Source: Eledone cirrhosa
Lineage: Eukaryota
Reading direction: 5' to 3'
Assembly: GCA_964016885.1 (NCBI GenBank)
Contig: OZ024743.1
Coordinates: forward strand, 355,322,001 to 355,386,000
DNA length: 64,000 bases
Below are positions 13,055 through 26,408 of the stretch, in pieces. Position 1 is the first letter of the stretch. Every line of letters begins with the position of its first letter. A model generated the notes under the pieces. That model had not been told where the DNA came from. It did not search any database and was given only the letters and a program-made list of their open reading frames with translations. The translations under genes and the position numbers were made by a program.

Positions 13055-14441
13055 TATTACATACTTGTATACACACATTCGTATGTACATAATATACATA
13101 TACACTTATGGATGTATGAATGTATGTGTTCTTCTGTCTTTGTTTACATTTTATGTTTGTTTATGTTCCTCGTGTAAGTAGCTGATTATTCCACAAACAC
13201 GTGTATCCATTAATCTACTCGCCAGTCGGAGTCAGCATGAAAGTGTGACAAGGCTGGTCCTTTGAATTACAGGCACAGTCCATCAGCCGTATTCCCGCAT
13301 ATTTTCCGTATAAACGATTTCACCGCCCCGAGGTTATGGTAACAACTATAGAGCCAACGTGCTATACAGTGAGGTACGAACCTTTGGGTCTTTCGGCCAT
13401 GTTGTGTATATACACACACATTTATATTCCCGCTTACACAAAGTCACTCCACTCTGTACGAATACATGACTCTACCTTCAACGCAAAACACACACTTACA
13501 AACCTGCTGCATCATATACACAGACATAAACAGATACGCACACACACACACATACGTACACAACTGCAAGATCATTCACACGCACTCAACGTGATTCCTC
13601 AACCTATTAGAAATAGCAGTCAAACGTGTTTAAAAAAAGAACACGTTGGAGATGTGGTCCTGCGTTCCCGTTACATATGACATAAATGTGTTGGTCATGG
13701 TTGGAATGACTTGTATCCTATGTCTACTCAATCAGGGCTGACCTGGAGTTAAACAATATACAGCTATAATAAACACACATACACACACACACATTCAAAG
13801 CTAGCATAACATACCGCACACACAGACACAGTAACAAAACCACATAGGAGGAGACAGCGTGGGAGAATCTACGCAGAAATTTCTCTTGTTAGAAATAGTA
13901 GCCAAATCTCTGTCAAATTGCGCCCTATTGTCTTAAATAGAAGTGGAAATATAGTAGAAGGATTTTGTAGATAAACAGAGAGGATTGTCACGGCTGGAAC
14001 ACCTTTCACTATAGGTCTGCTCTTTCACAGTCGATCTGGGAGTGAAACAACATCAGTTAATACAACATACACACAGCAAACACATCAAAGCAGATATATG
14101 TGCTAATTACCAAACCACAGAGACAAAACAAATATACCACAATAGCGACAATAACAATATAAATAAATAACCACCTCACAACATCAAACCTTTCAACTCT
14201 CCCTGTCAGACGGGGAGATGTCCCACCAACTTTGGGGTGGGTGACAGATGTCTTCTCTTGTGAAAATGGGTAATACTTTCATTATGAAAAATCTCCCCAT
14301 TTTTGCCTTATTTCTCCCCGTTTGGGGGTACTTTTTTCATGGTACTCCCTGTTTGAGCTTTTAGAGATTTGAAAGTCTGCAACATACACAACCACGAGAG
14401 CATAACATTTACACACATACACACATATCCAACTAATATAA

Positions 14442-14579
<138 letters not shown>

Positions 14580-14946
14580 ACATACACACATACTTACAGT
14601 GAATGAACACAACACCTCACTCACACACAGATAGCTACTGTACACTACAACCCCTGCACACAAATAAGTGATATGCAGCTACATCACACTATAGTTAGTA
14701 AACTACACACCACTACAGGTCAAATGGTGTAGCCTCTACGACTCCACTCTGTTTACTAGACATAGTAGCCAAGTATCTCTCAAATTATACCATATAGTGT
14801 TTGGAAATTGATGGTTACATGGAATGGTGGAGTTTGTGGTATATGAAACGTGGGGATAGTCATGTCCGGAATGTCTGTTATCCATATGTATGCTCGATTA
14901 TTGCTGACCCAGTACTAACCAATGACAACAACAACATTACATTATA

Positions 14947-15232
14947 TTAACTTTGCCTTTCATCCTTACGGGGTCGATAAAATAAAGTACCAGTAAAACA
15001 CTGGTTTAATTGCTGGCCTTGTGCCAAAAGTAGAAACAATTATATTAAATTACACATAACAATCACACACAACTATAACACATTTGGCAGTATCGGTAGA
15101 GCGTCAAACACCATGCTTTGCAGCATAGGGTTATGGCCCTTTACGTTCTGAGTTCAAATCCCGCCGAGGTTAACTTTGATAAAATAAAGTACCAGTAATG
15201 CGCTTGGATAATTGCTATCAAAAGTAGAAAGA
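14947..15232 (+). mobile_element. Two partial S1 SINEs (14947-15043 and 15084-15232)
   Basis: Deu/Nin domain and tail in the first; head, B box and tail in the second. Confidence 0.8.
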
Positions 15233-15294
15233 GTTACATATAAATAGAAGACTACACATACACATTTGCAGCACTCTATATAACGTAACCCAAT

Positions 15295-16522
15295 TACACT
15301 ACTACACAACCACCATTTACACTACATTACAACACCTTACTACATAACCACAATTTTACACAGAGATACACTAAATTACAACACCCTACTACACAACCAC
15401 CATTTTACACACAGCTACACTACATTACAACACCCTACTACATAACCACAATTTTACACAGAGATACACTAAATTACAACACCCTACTACACAACCACCA
15501 ATTTACACACAGCTACACTACATTACAACACCCTACTACACAACCAACAAACCACACACAACTACACTACATTACAACACCCTACTACACAACCACCAAT
15601 TTACACACAGCTACACTACATTACAACACCCTACTACACAACCAACAAACCACACACAGCTACACTACATTACAACACCCTACTACACAACCAACAAACC
15701 ACACACAGCTACACTACATTACAACACCCTACTACGCAACCCCATTTTACACACAGCTACACTACATTACAACACCCTACTACACAACCACCACTTTACA
15801 CACAGCTACACTACATTACAACACCCTACTACACAACCACCACTTTACATACAGCTACACTACATTACAACACCCTACTACACAACCACCACTTTACACA
15901 CAGCTACACTACATTACAACAGCCTACTACACAACCACCAATTTACACACAGCTACACTACATTACAACACCCTACTACACAACCAACAAACTACACACA
16001 GCTACACTACATTACAACACCCTACTACACAACCACCACTTTACACACAGCTACACTACATTACAACACCCTACTACGCAACCACCACTTTACACACAGC
16101 TACACTACATTACAACACCCTACTACACAACCACCATTTTACACACAGCTACACTACATTACAACACCCTACTACACAGCCACCATTTTACACACAGCTA
16201 CACTACATTACAACACCCTACTACACAACCAACAAACTACACACAGCTACACTACATTACAACACCCTACTACACAGTTACACTACTTTACAACACCCTA
16301 CCACACAACCAACAAACCACACACAGCTACACTACATTACAATACCCTACTACACAACCAACAAACCACACACAGCTACACTACATTACAACACCCTACT
16401 AGACATCCACCATTTTACACACAGCTACACTACATTACAACACCCTACTACACAACCAACAGACCACACACAGCTACACTACATTACAACACCCTACTAC
16501 ACAACCAACAAACCACACACAG
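15295..16522. repeat. 49-bp minisatellite, ~25 copies
   Basis: Unit cacacagctacactacattacaacaccctactacacaacc followed by a variable accatttta, accaattta, accacttta or aacaaacca. Confidence 0.95.
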
Positions 16523-16597
16523 TTATACAATGGATGACCACAACCACACACGAAGTTACACTACGCTACATTGCTCTACAAACAACCATTATTCAAT

Positions 16598-17530
16598 ACT
16601 GGTAGAGCGTCGGACACCATGCTTTGCAGTTCAATCCCACCGAAGTCAGCTTTACCTTTCATCCTTACGGGATCAATAAAATAAAGTACCAGTAACGTAC
16701 TGGGTTCGATTTAATCGATTTTCCCCCGCCTTAAAATTACTGGCCTTGTGTCTAAATCATGAATCTTGTTTATAGAATAATTATTCTATAAACAAGATTC
16801 ATAATACCCACATATAGACACAGATAAAGTACTTACGGGGTCGATAAAATATAGTACCTGTTACGTACTCGGGTCGATTTACTCGATTTTCCTCCCTCCC
16901 TAAAATTACTGGCATTGTGCCTAAATCAAATTATTATTCTATACCCACATATACACAACATAGTTAAACTACTTACGAGGTCGATAAAATAAAATACCAG
17001 TCACGTACTGGAGTCGATTTATTGATTTCCCCCCTCCCTAAATTTGCTGGTCTTGTGCCTAAATCTAAAATCGTTATTCCATAAAAAAGATACCAGTCAC
17101 GTACTGAGTCGATTTAATCGATTTCACTCCCCGCCTCCCTAAAATTCCTGGCCCTGTGCCCAAATGAGAAACCATTGGTGGATTGTCAGTATCGGTAGAG
17201 AGTCGGACACCATGCTTTGACGCATAGAGTTACGGCCCTTGCCATTCTGAGTTCAAATACCGCCGAGGTTAACTTTGCCTTTCATCCTTACGGTGTCGAA
17301 AAATAAAGTACCAGTAATGCACTGGGATAATCGCTGGCCTTGTGCTAATAGTAGAAACAATTATTCCATAATACCTACATATACACACAGATAAACTACT
17401 TACGGGGTCGATAAAATAAAGTACCAGTCACGCACTAGGGTCGATTTAATCGACCCCCCCCCTCCCTAAAATTGCTGGCCTTGTACCTAAATCAGAAATT
17501 ATTATTCTATAAAGAAGATCCATAATACCC
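16598..17530 (+). repeat. Tandem cluster of S1 SINE 3' halves plus one full copy (17177-17365)
   Basis: cttacggggtcgataaaataaagtaccag...aaattgctggccttgtgcctaaat recurs about 6 times, several joined by atacccacatatacac...ataaactac. Confidence 0.85.
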
Positions 17531-17819
17531 ACATATACACAACATATACACACAGATAAACAACACTGCGTTAAACTACACATAACATCAACACTCACGC
17601 TCGTGTTGATACATAAGATTGGATTATACAACAAACACCATTCATAGTACATACACAAATCCACATGTATATAGTACTACGATGTACTACACACTAAAGT
17701 CACAACATACCCTCACACACAGATACCTGAGAGTACATCACAAAACACATACGTATGTGTCAACAACTTACATATACATACGTGATATTATCTCATAAAA
17801 ATACACCATCCACAATCAC

Positions 17820-18983
17820 AACCACACACATTCACACATACACACATACACAAAGCTGTTTTACAGAACGTCTACAACAAACACACACACACATACACAC
17901 ATACATACATACACACACACACTCACAGAAACGCAGATATATAACACTACTTGATGCTACAAATAAATGCATAGCACACACACACACACACACACACACT
18001 CATACAAACGCAGATATATAACACTACTTCATACTACCAACAAATCCATAACACACACATACATACACACACATACACACACATAAACACACAAAAACAC
18101 ACACGCACACACACACGTATACACACATACACACACATATATATACTCACACTAAACTACATTACAATACTCACAAAACACACACTGCACACAATATCCA
18201 CATTAAACAATAGAGACACACATACACTCATATACGCACATATACAAACTTGTACTACAGGCACACACACACACACATTGCTCAATCATCCACATTAAAC
18301 AATATACACACACACACTCATATACGTACATATACAAACGTGAACTCCAAGCACACACACACACACACACTGCACAAAATATCCACATTAAACAATATAC
18401 ACACACAGAGACATTCTCATATACGCACATATACACGCGTGTACTACAGACACACACACACAGTGACACTACATTCAGCACACACATACACATATATAGA
18501 CACATACACATACACATATACACATATACAAACACAGCCACACTAACTAGCATTACACACACACATAAGCGTATACATTACATAAAACATACACAGCATA
18601 TACACACCCTAAACTACATTACACACTCACATACACACACACACACACAGCTACACGGTACACATACATACACATATACATTAAACACCCACTGCTCAAC
18701 TAACCACAACATACATACACACACACTACAGCAAACACCCGCAGTACACACGCACATACATCCACACACATTATAAAATGTACACTACAGACACATACAC
18801 ACACACATTAAAAATGTACACTATAGACACATACACACACACGCACAGACACATACACATAGACAAGCACACACATTAAAAATGTATAATATAGACATAT
18901 ACACACACACACACAAACAGCCGCACTTAACTATACTACACACAACACACATACACTCACTTATGCACATATACAAACCTGTA

Positions 18984-19043
<60 letters not shown>

Positions 19044-19900
19044 TCACACACACACACACATACATCATACTGTAAACAGTAAAGAAGATAAAAAGATGTC
19101 CACCCCAGGGCGGTAGTTGTACATATAGTTCGTATTTTTGTACTTCCCCGAGTGGCACAAACTACACACACATACACACACACACTCGCGCACACATACC
19201 TACACACACATAATACAGTCACATACATACACATAGACACACATTCACATGACACATGGCACATGATTACACTATGCGCAACCACAACACACATACATAT
19301 CACTACGCCGCACTCCTGCTGAACTACATATATGTGTGCTTGTGTGTTTGTGTATGTGTGTGTGTGTGAGTGTGTTATTGTGTGTGTATGTACGCATTCT
19401 ACACACGATATCCACCACTCACACACATACACACACATAACACTACACCCAACAGACTCAGCTACACGATATATTACACGGCACACAATATCCTTCCTAC
19501 ACATACACACACATACACATACATAACACTACACACACAGCTACACGATACATTATTATACAGCAAACAATATCCATCATACACATGTACACACACATAC
19601 ATAACACTACACACACAGCTACACGATACATTATTATACAGCAAACAATATCCATCATACACATGTACACACACATACATAACACTACACCCAACAGACT
19701 CAGCTACACGATATATTACACGGCACACAATATCCTTTCTACACATACACACACATACACATACATAACACTACACACAGTGCTACACGATACATTATAC
19801 AGCAAACAATATCCACCATCATACACATGTACATACACATACATAACACTACACCCAACAGATACAGCTACGCGATACATTATATAGCACACGCATACAT
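17820..19900. repeat. CA-rich low-complexity region with internal ~80-bp and ~240-bp duplications
   Basis: cataacactacacccaacagactcagctacacgatatattacacggc occurs at ~19435 and ~19678. cagcaaacaatatcc occurs three times. Confidence 0.8.
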
Positions 19901-19920
19901 AAAACGTCTAAAGTCTATCT

Positions 19921-20384
19921 TAAGCCAGAAGGCTCATTTGGCCGGTGCTTTTCCCCGATTTCATAGCATGAAGCAACTGAGAGTACAAGACTCGTCCCCT
20001 GGACAGGACGCCAGTCCATCGCAGGGTTAAACTCCCAGCTATTGCTGGCACTCATTTTCAGCTGAGTGTACTGGAGCAACTTAAAATGAAGTGTTCTGCT
20101 CAAGAACACAACACGCAACCCAGGAATCGAATCCACAACATTATGATCGTAAGGGCGGTGGATTGGCAGTATCGGTAGAGGGTCGGACGCCATGTTTTCC
20201 AGCATAGTTACGTCCCTTTACGATCTGAATTCAAATCCCGCCGAGGTTGACTTAGTCTTTCATCTTTACGGGGTCGATAAAATAAAGTACCAGTAATGCA
20301 CTGGGTAATTGCTGGCCTTGTGCCTAAAGTAGAAATAATTATGATCGTAAGTCCAACACCCTTACCACTATGCCACGAGCCTCC
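19921..20384 (-). mobile_element. tRNA-derived MetaSINE-like element (family S2) interrupted by an S1 SINE
   Basis: Minus strand shows a tRNA head, gtgttcttgagcagaacacttc and accctgcgatggactggcgtcctgtccagggg...tgcttcatgctatgaaatcgggg (Meta-type domain). Confidence 0.8.
20154..20337 (+). mobile_element. Full-length S1 SINE nested in S2, with 14-bp TSD
   Basis: TSD attatgatcgtaag at 20140-20153 and 20338-20351. Confidence 0.92.
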
Positions 20385-20395
20385 TCTAGTTTGTC

Positions 20396-20663
20396 TTAAG
20401 CCATAAGGCTTATTTGGCCGGTGTTATCCAGGTTTCATGGCTTGAAGCGACAGAGAGTACAAGACTACTCCCCTGGGCAGGACACCAGTCCATCCCAGGG
20501 TTAAACCTCCAGCTACTTCTGGTACTCATTTTAAGCTGAGTGTACTGGAGCAACTTGAAATGAAGTGTTTTGCTGAAGAACACACTTCGCAACAACCCAG
20601 GAATCGAACCCACGACATTACGATTGTAAGTCCAACACCCTTAACGTTAGGCCACGTGCCTCC
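20396..20663 (-). mobile_element. Second S2 MetaSINE-like copy in tandem
   Basis: Collinear with 19921-20384 once the nested SINE is removed. Confidence 0.82.
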
Positions 20664-20876
20664 ACACACACATACACATACACACACAAAATCTACAATA
20701 CAAAGCAATGCACACATATACCAACACTACGTTATACCACGCACAACCAACACCAAAGATAAACAACATTACATTGCCTTATACATAACATCAGCAATAC
20801 ACTCAAATATATTTGTCTACATACAACATCCATCATTTTCACCTTCAGCAGCTAATTGATATCTTCTTTATATATA

Positions 20877-22590
20877 TAAACTACACTACACTCAACACAC
20901 TGCACTCAATACACATATACTCACATATGCTCACATACGCACATATACAAACGTGTACACACACACACATACACACACAAAGCGCCACTAAACTAAACTA
21001 CACTACACTCAACACACATGCACTCAACACACATACACTCACATGTGCTCACATACGCACATATACAAACGTGTACACACACACACACACACATACACAC
21101 ACAAAGCCCCACTAAAGTAAACTACACTACACCCAACACACTGCACTCAACACACATACACTCACATATGCTCACATACGCACATATACAAACGTGTACA
21201 CACACACACATACGCACACAAAGCCCCACTAAACTACACTACACTCAACACACTGCACTCAACACACATACACTCACATATGCTCACATACGCATATATA
21301 CAAACGTGTACACACACACACATACACACACAAAGCCCCACTAAAGTAAACTACACTACACTCAACACACTGCACTCAGCACACATACACTCACATATGC
21401 TCATATACGCACATATACAAACGTGTACACACACACATACACACACAAAGCCCCACTAAACTAAACTACACTACACTCAACACACTGCACTCAACACACA
21501 TACACTCACATATGCTCACATACGCACATATACAAAAGTGTACACACACATACATACACACACAAAGCCCCACTAAACTAAACTACACTACACTCAACAC
21601 ACTGCACTCAACACACATACACTACCATATGCTCACATACGCACATATACAAACGTGTACACACACACACACACATACACACACAAAGCCCCACTAAACT
21701 AAACTACACCACACTCAACACACTGCACTCAACACACTGCACTCAACACACATACACTCACATATGCTCACATACGCACATATACAAACGTGTACACACA
21801 CACACATACACACACAAAGCCCCACTAAACTAAACTACACCACACTCAACACACTGCACTCAACACACATACACTCACATATGCTCACATACGCACATAT
21901 ACAAACGTGTACACACACACACACATACACACACAAAGCCCCACTAAACTAAACTACACTACACTCAACACACTGCACTCAACACACATACACTCACATA
22001 TGCTCACATACGCACATATACAAACGTGTACACACACACACACACACATACGCACACAAAGCCCCACTAAACTAAACTACACTACACTCAACACACTGCA
22101 ATCAACACACATACACTCACATATGCTCACATACTCACATATACAAACGTGTACACACACACACACACATACACACACAAAGCCCCACTAAACAAAACTA
22201 CACTACACTCAACACACTGCACTCAACACACATACACTCACATATGCTCACATACGCACATATACAAACGTGTACACACACACACACATACGCACACAAA
22301 GCCCCACTAAACTAAACTACACTACACTCAACACACTGCAATCAACACACATACACTCACATATGCTCACATACGCACATATACAAACGTGTACACACAC
22401 ACACATACACACACACACAAAGCCCCACTAAACTAAACTACACTACACTCAACACACTGCACTCAACACACATACACTCACATATGCTCACATACGCACA
22501 TATACAAACGTGTACACACACACACATACACACACACACAAAGCCCCACTAAACTAAACTACACTACACTCAACACACATACACTCACAT
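20877..22590. repeat. ~118-bp tandem satellite, ~14 copies
   Basis: Unit aaactacactacactcaacacactgcactcaacacacatacactcacatatgctcacatacgcacatatacaaacgtgtac(ac)n...aaagccccactaaact. Confidence 0.95.
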
Positions 22591-22618
22591 ACGTGTGTAC
22601 TACAGGTACACACACACA

Positions 22619-22660
<42 letters not shown>

Positions 22661-22831
22661 ATACTGCAAACAGTAAAGAAGATTTTTTTAAATGTCCAAC
22701 CCTTACCCCTCTAATGTTAGTGGGGACAGGACCCTAGAACACTCCTTCCACTATCTTTATCAATTAAAAGATGCATTCTCGAATAGGTTTGTATGGTATG
22801 TCTATTCTTATATCTACCCTGTAAAAAACTT

Positions 22832-22959
22832 CAATGTTTCCGAAGTAAACGGTATGAACGAACCGATATATTATGTCTGATAGTATACAGTTCTCTAACT
22901 GCTATAGATCAGTCAATATATCAATATGATCAAACCTCCGAAACGATCATAAAACAATG
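22832..22959 (+). ncRNA. Decayed type I HHR with very long stem II
   Basis: caatgttt-CCGAAGT-~93-nt imperfect hairpin-GAAA-cgatca-TA-aaacaatg. The core carries two substitutions. Confidence 0.5.
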
Positions 22960-22980
22960 AAATGGATATATAAAATAACT

Positions 22981-23118
22981 GTTTCTACTTTAGGCACAAG
23001 GCTAGCAATTACCCAGTGCATTACTGGTACTTTATTTTATCGACCCCGTAAGGATGAAAGGCAAAGTCAACCTCGGCGGGATTTGAACTCAGATCGTAAA
23101 GGGACGTAACTATGCTGG
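22981..23118 (-). mobile_element. 5'-truncated S1 SINE with 19-bp TSD
   Basis: atggatatataaaataact at 22962-22980 and 23127-23145. Confidence 0.85.
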
Positions 23119-23179
23119 AATATACTATGGATATATAAAATAACTTGCCTTCGTTATTATTATCATTGTTAAACAAATA

Positions 23180-23216
<37 letters not shown>

Positions 23217-23263
23217 AAAAGAGAAAACACAGGTAGGCATTAAAAAAAAGGATTTTATCCAGG

Positions 23264-23365
23264 TATTTACGACCGTTTCATTGGTAAGTGCAACCTTATA
23301 TCGCTATACTGCAAATACCAGCCAATCGATAACTGTTATTCACCTCCAAATTTTCAAAATAAATA
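23264..23365 (-). ncRNA. Type I HHR candidate, U3-A8 core, long stem II
   Basis: Minus strand: tatttat-t-TTGAAAA-t-ttggaggtg...cacttaccaa-t-GAAA-cgg-TC-gtaaata. One extra nt lies before the core. Confidence 0.5.
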
Positions 23366-23390
23366 TATTTTGAAAATTAAACATTCTGAG

Positions 23391-23454
23391 TATTTTATCT
23401 GATGAAAGCGTACCAAAGTTTTTTTGGTACCCTTGAAATATATATAATAGAATA
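23391..23454 (+). ncRNA. Minimal type I hammerhead ribozyme
   Basis: tattttat-CTGATGA-aagcgtaccaaa...tttggtaccctt-GAAA-tatata-TA-atagaata. Stem III is palindromic; AUA site. Confidence 0.8.
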
Positions 23455-23588
23455 AATATGGTTTTATAAATATAGTTTCCATTTATTTAATATCATTGAA
23501 TATTTACTCCAGAAAATTGTCGAGTGCTCTGAATCAGTTATAAACATTTATATTTGTTGGATTTCCAACAAATTAAATATCCCTTCTA

Positions 23589-23653
<65 letters not shown>

Positions 23654-23784
23654 GTGAGGTTTTTTTTACAAAATGAAAAATAACCGAGGTGTCCTACACG
23701 AGTGGAAGTATAAAGAAAAAGGGATGAAATCGAAAATGCAACTGAAGTCTTATTTTTTAAAAAAATATATATATTTATTTGGTT

Positions 23785-23822
23785 CCTTTACCGGTTTCGC
23801 AGTTCTTCTGCTTTTCAAAAGG
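23785..23822 (-). ncRNA. Minimal type I HHR, U3-A8 variant (inverted pLTR copy)
   Basis: Reverse complement of the 26229-26268 motif. Confidence 0.75.
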
Positions 23823-24213
23823 TGAGTTGAGATGGAGGGTCTGTGGTTTTTCTCACATCTGGTTGGTCTCTAAATGTTACTTGTTTTATATGGAAAAACT
23901 GGCTCGAAAACCAGGTTTTTCGAGAAGTAATTTGATTGGTTTGTCAATAATTATAATAAATTTCGCGCCAGTTCGCGTTACAATAGTTCTTCAAATAAGA
24001 GAGAGGGGGTTGTCACAGGTTGTTTTTTCATATATGAGTGTTTGAATTTCTTTTTACTTGAAAAAATGAGGCTCACGAAGGCTTTTTTTTTTTTTTTTTT
24101 TTTTGGTTGGTTATAAATGAAATTTGGCTGTCACGTGAACAAGTTTTCATTACATTTTTGCGCCCTTATTTGGAAAACTATTCTGTAGTCTTTATAGTGA
24201 ATGTTATGACAAT

Positions 24214-25176
24214 TCACAATGGAATACAGCCAAGATCAACTCCCATTTCTGGACATCTTAATCACAAAAAAAGACACAAATATCGAAACTGACATACACT
24301 ACAAACCAACAGATTCCAAACAATATCTGCTATTCACCTCCAACCATCCAAAGCACACGAAGACGAACATTCCTTTTAACCTAGCAAGAAGAATTTGCAC
24401 AATTGTCTCCAATTATGAAACGCGAAATAAAAGACTTCAAGAATTAAAGGAAATTCTACTTGAGAGAGAGTACCCACTATTACTAATAAATAATGGAATA
24501 GAAAGGGCTAAAGCAATAGGCATTGATGAATTACGGAAACAGAAACAAATTCAAGGTACGTCCAATATTCTATCATATATCTCAACACACAACCCAAGAA
24601 ATGCGGAAGCTTACAACACTATTCACAATAACATCCCACTACTAAAACAAAACCCAAGAATGAAAAAAAGCCCTTGAAACACACAAAATAATCAAAAGCA
24701 AAAGACAACCAAAATCACTGAAAACATTACTCACCAATGCCAAATTACCTACCACAAACCCACAACCAAGTATCAAAAAATGTGGTCGCTCTAATTGTGG
24801 AACCTGCACTCACCTCATTGAAGGCAACACGTATACATTTAAATCAGGACAAAATTTTACTGTAAAAAATCACTTCACTTGCTCATCAAAAAATCTACTT
24901 TATGCCATTAAATGTAAAGGATGCAATGAAGATTATATAGGACAAACTAAACTCACACTCAGAAACAGAATGACAGTTCATCGCCAACAATTACGAGATC
25001 CAACCACGAGACAAATACCACTAAGTGCACATCTAGACATTTGCGCAAGTAATAAGACACCCAAATTCCAAGTCTTCCCATTTTACCTTTGCGCTAACAA
25101 TACAACAGAACAAATGAGAATAAATAAGGAAAATATGTTTATTCAAAAATATAGACCAACATTAAATAAGGTTTAA
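24214..25176 (+). pseudogene. PLE RT thumb + Cys-rich linker + GIY-YIG endonuclease, with one frameshift near 24670
   Basis: ORF 24219-24677 continues in the frame that ends at 25176. Confidence 0.9.
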
Positions 25177-26228
25177 TATACATTATGTCAACACCACAAT
25201 TTGACATACACACACACACATAACACCTACTTTAGAAAATAAAAACCCGAACTAAATAAACCTTAAACATACGTTTGCACTGGCAATACAACAGCAAACA
25301 CGAAAAAGTCAGGAAAATATGTTCATTCAAAAATATTCCTACTAAAGGAATCATTTTCCTACACACACACATACACACACACAATATATATATATATATA
25401 TATATATTCTCTTCATCTTAACATGTTAACCATACTCCCACACACATAACACCCATACACACACATAAAACCCCCCACACCTACAACACCCTCCCCATTT
25501 CTACTAATAGAACCACTTTCCTACACACATATATATATACACACACACAAAAAATATATATTCTCTCTATCTAACATACTCGCACACACACACATAACAC
25601 CCATATACACACACACACAACTCCCTCCCCCATCTCTACTAATAGAATCATCTTCCAATACACACATACACACACACACACATATACACACACACAAGCA
25701 CACAAATAAACACATATCTTCAGTCTCAATAGAAAATCTGAACTCTGACACCTGAACTCTGACAGCTGGCCATATTCACTGAACCAGAACATTTCTCCCA
25801 ATCCCTTTTCCCTTGACCACTATCTCTCCATTGTCATAACATTCACTATAAAGACTACAGAATAGTTTTCCAAATAAGGGCGCAAAAATGTAATGAAAAC
25901 TTGTTCACGTGACAGCCAAATTTCATTTATAACCAACCAAAAAAAAAAAAAAAAAAAAAAAGCCTTCTTGAGCCTCATTTTTTCAAGTAAAAAGAAATTC
26001 AAACACTCATATATGAAAAAACAACCTGTGACAACCTCCCCCCCCCCCCTCTCTTATTTGAAGAACTATTGTAACGCGAACTGGCGCGAAATTTATTATA
26101 ATTATTGACAAACCAATCAAATTGCTTCTCGAAAAACCTGGTTTTCGAGCCAGTTTTTCCATATAAAACAAGTAACATTTAGAGACCAACCAGATGTGAG
26201 AAAAACCACAGACCCTCCATCTCAACTC

Positions 26229-26268
26229 ACCTTTTGAAAAGCAGAAGAACTGCGAAACCGGTAAAGGT
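26229..26268 (+). ncRNA. Minimal type I HHR, U3-A8 compensatory core
   Basis: acctt-TTGAAAA-gcag aagaa ctgc-GAAA-ccgg-TA-aaggt. Palindromic stem III ACCGGT; GUA site. Confidence 0.8.
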
Positions 26269-26336
26269 ACCAAATAAATATATATATTTTTTAAAAAAAT
26301 AAGACTTCAGTTGCATTTTCGATTTCATCCCTTTTT

Positions 26337-26408
<72 letters not shown>

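Larger units (their letters stand above)
23649..26344 (+). mobile_element. Young Neptune-like Penelope element: inverted pLTR, 5'-truncated ORF, pLTR
   Basis: ~505-bp near-identical inverted repeats at 23709-24213 and 25830-26344. Between them: LPFLD, HYKPTDSKQYL, IPFNLARRIC, CGRSNCGTC, LLYAIKCKGCNEDYIGQT and ENMFIQKYRPTLN. Flanked by (TA)n. Confidence 0.95.

Noticed and set aside
15295-16522. 49-bp array as a CRISPR-like repeat-spacer array
   Set aside because: The variable part is only 9 nt and recurs from a few variants. There are no unique spacers or cas genes, and the context is eukaryotic.
23779-24292. Duplicated ORFs at 23779/26007 and 24107/25820 as genes
   Set aside because: They are antisense read-throughs of the inverted pLTR, with no protein motifs.
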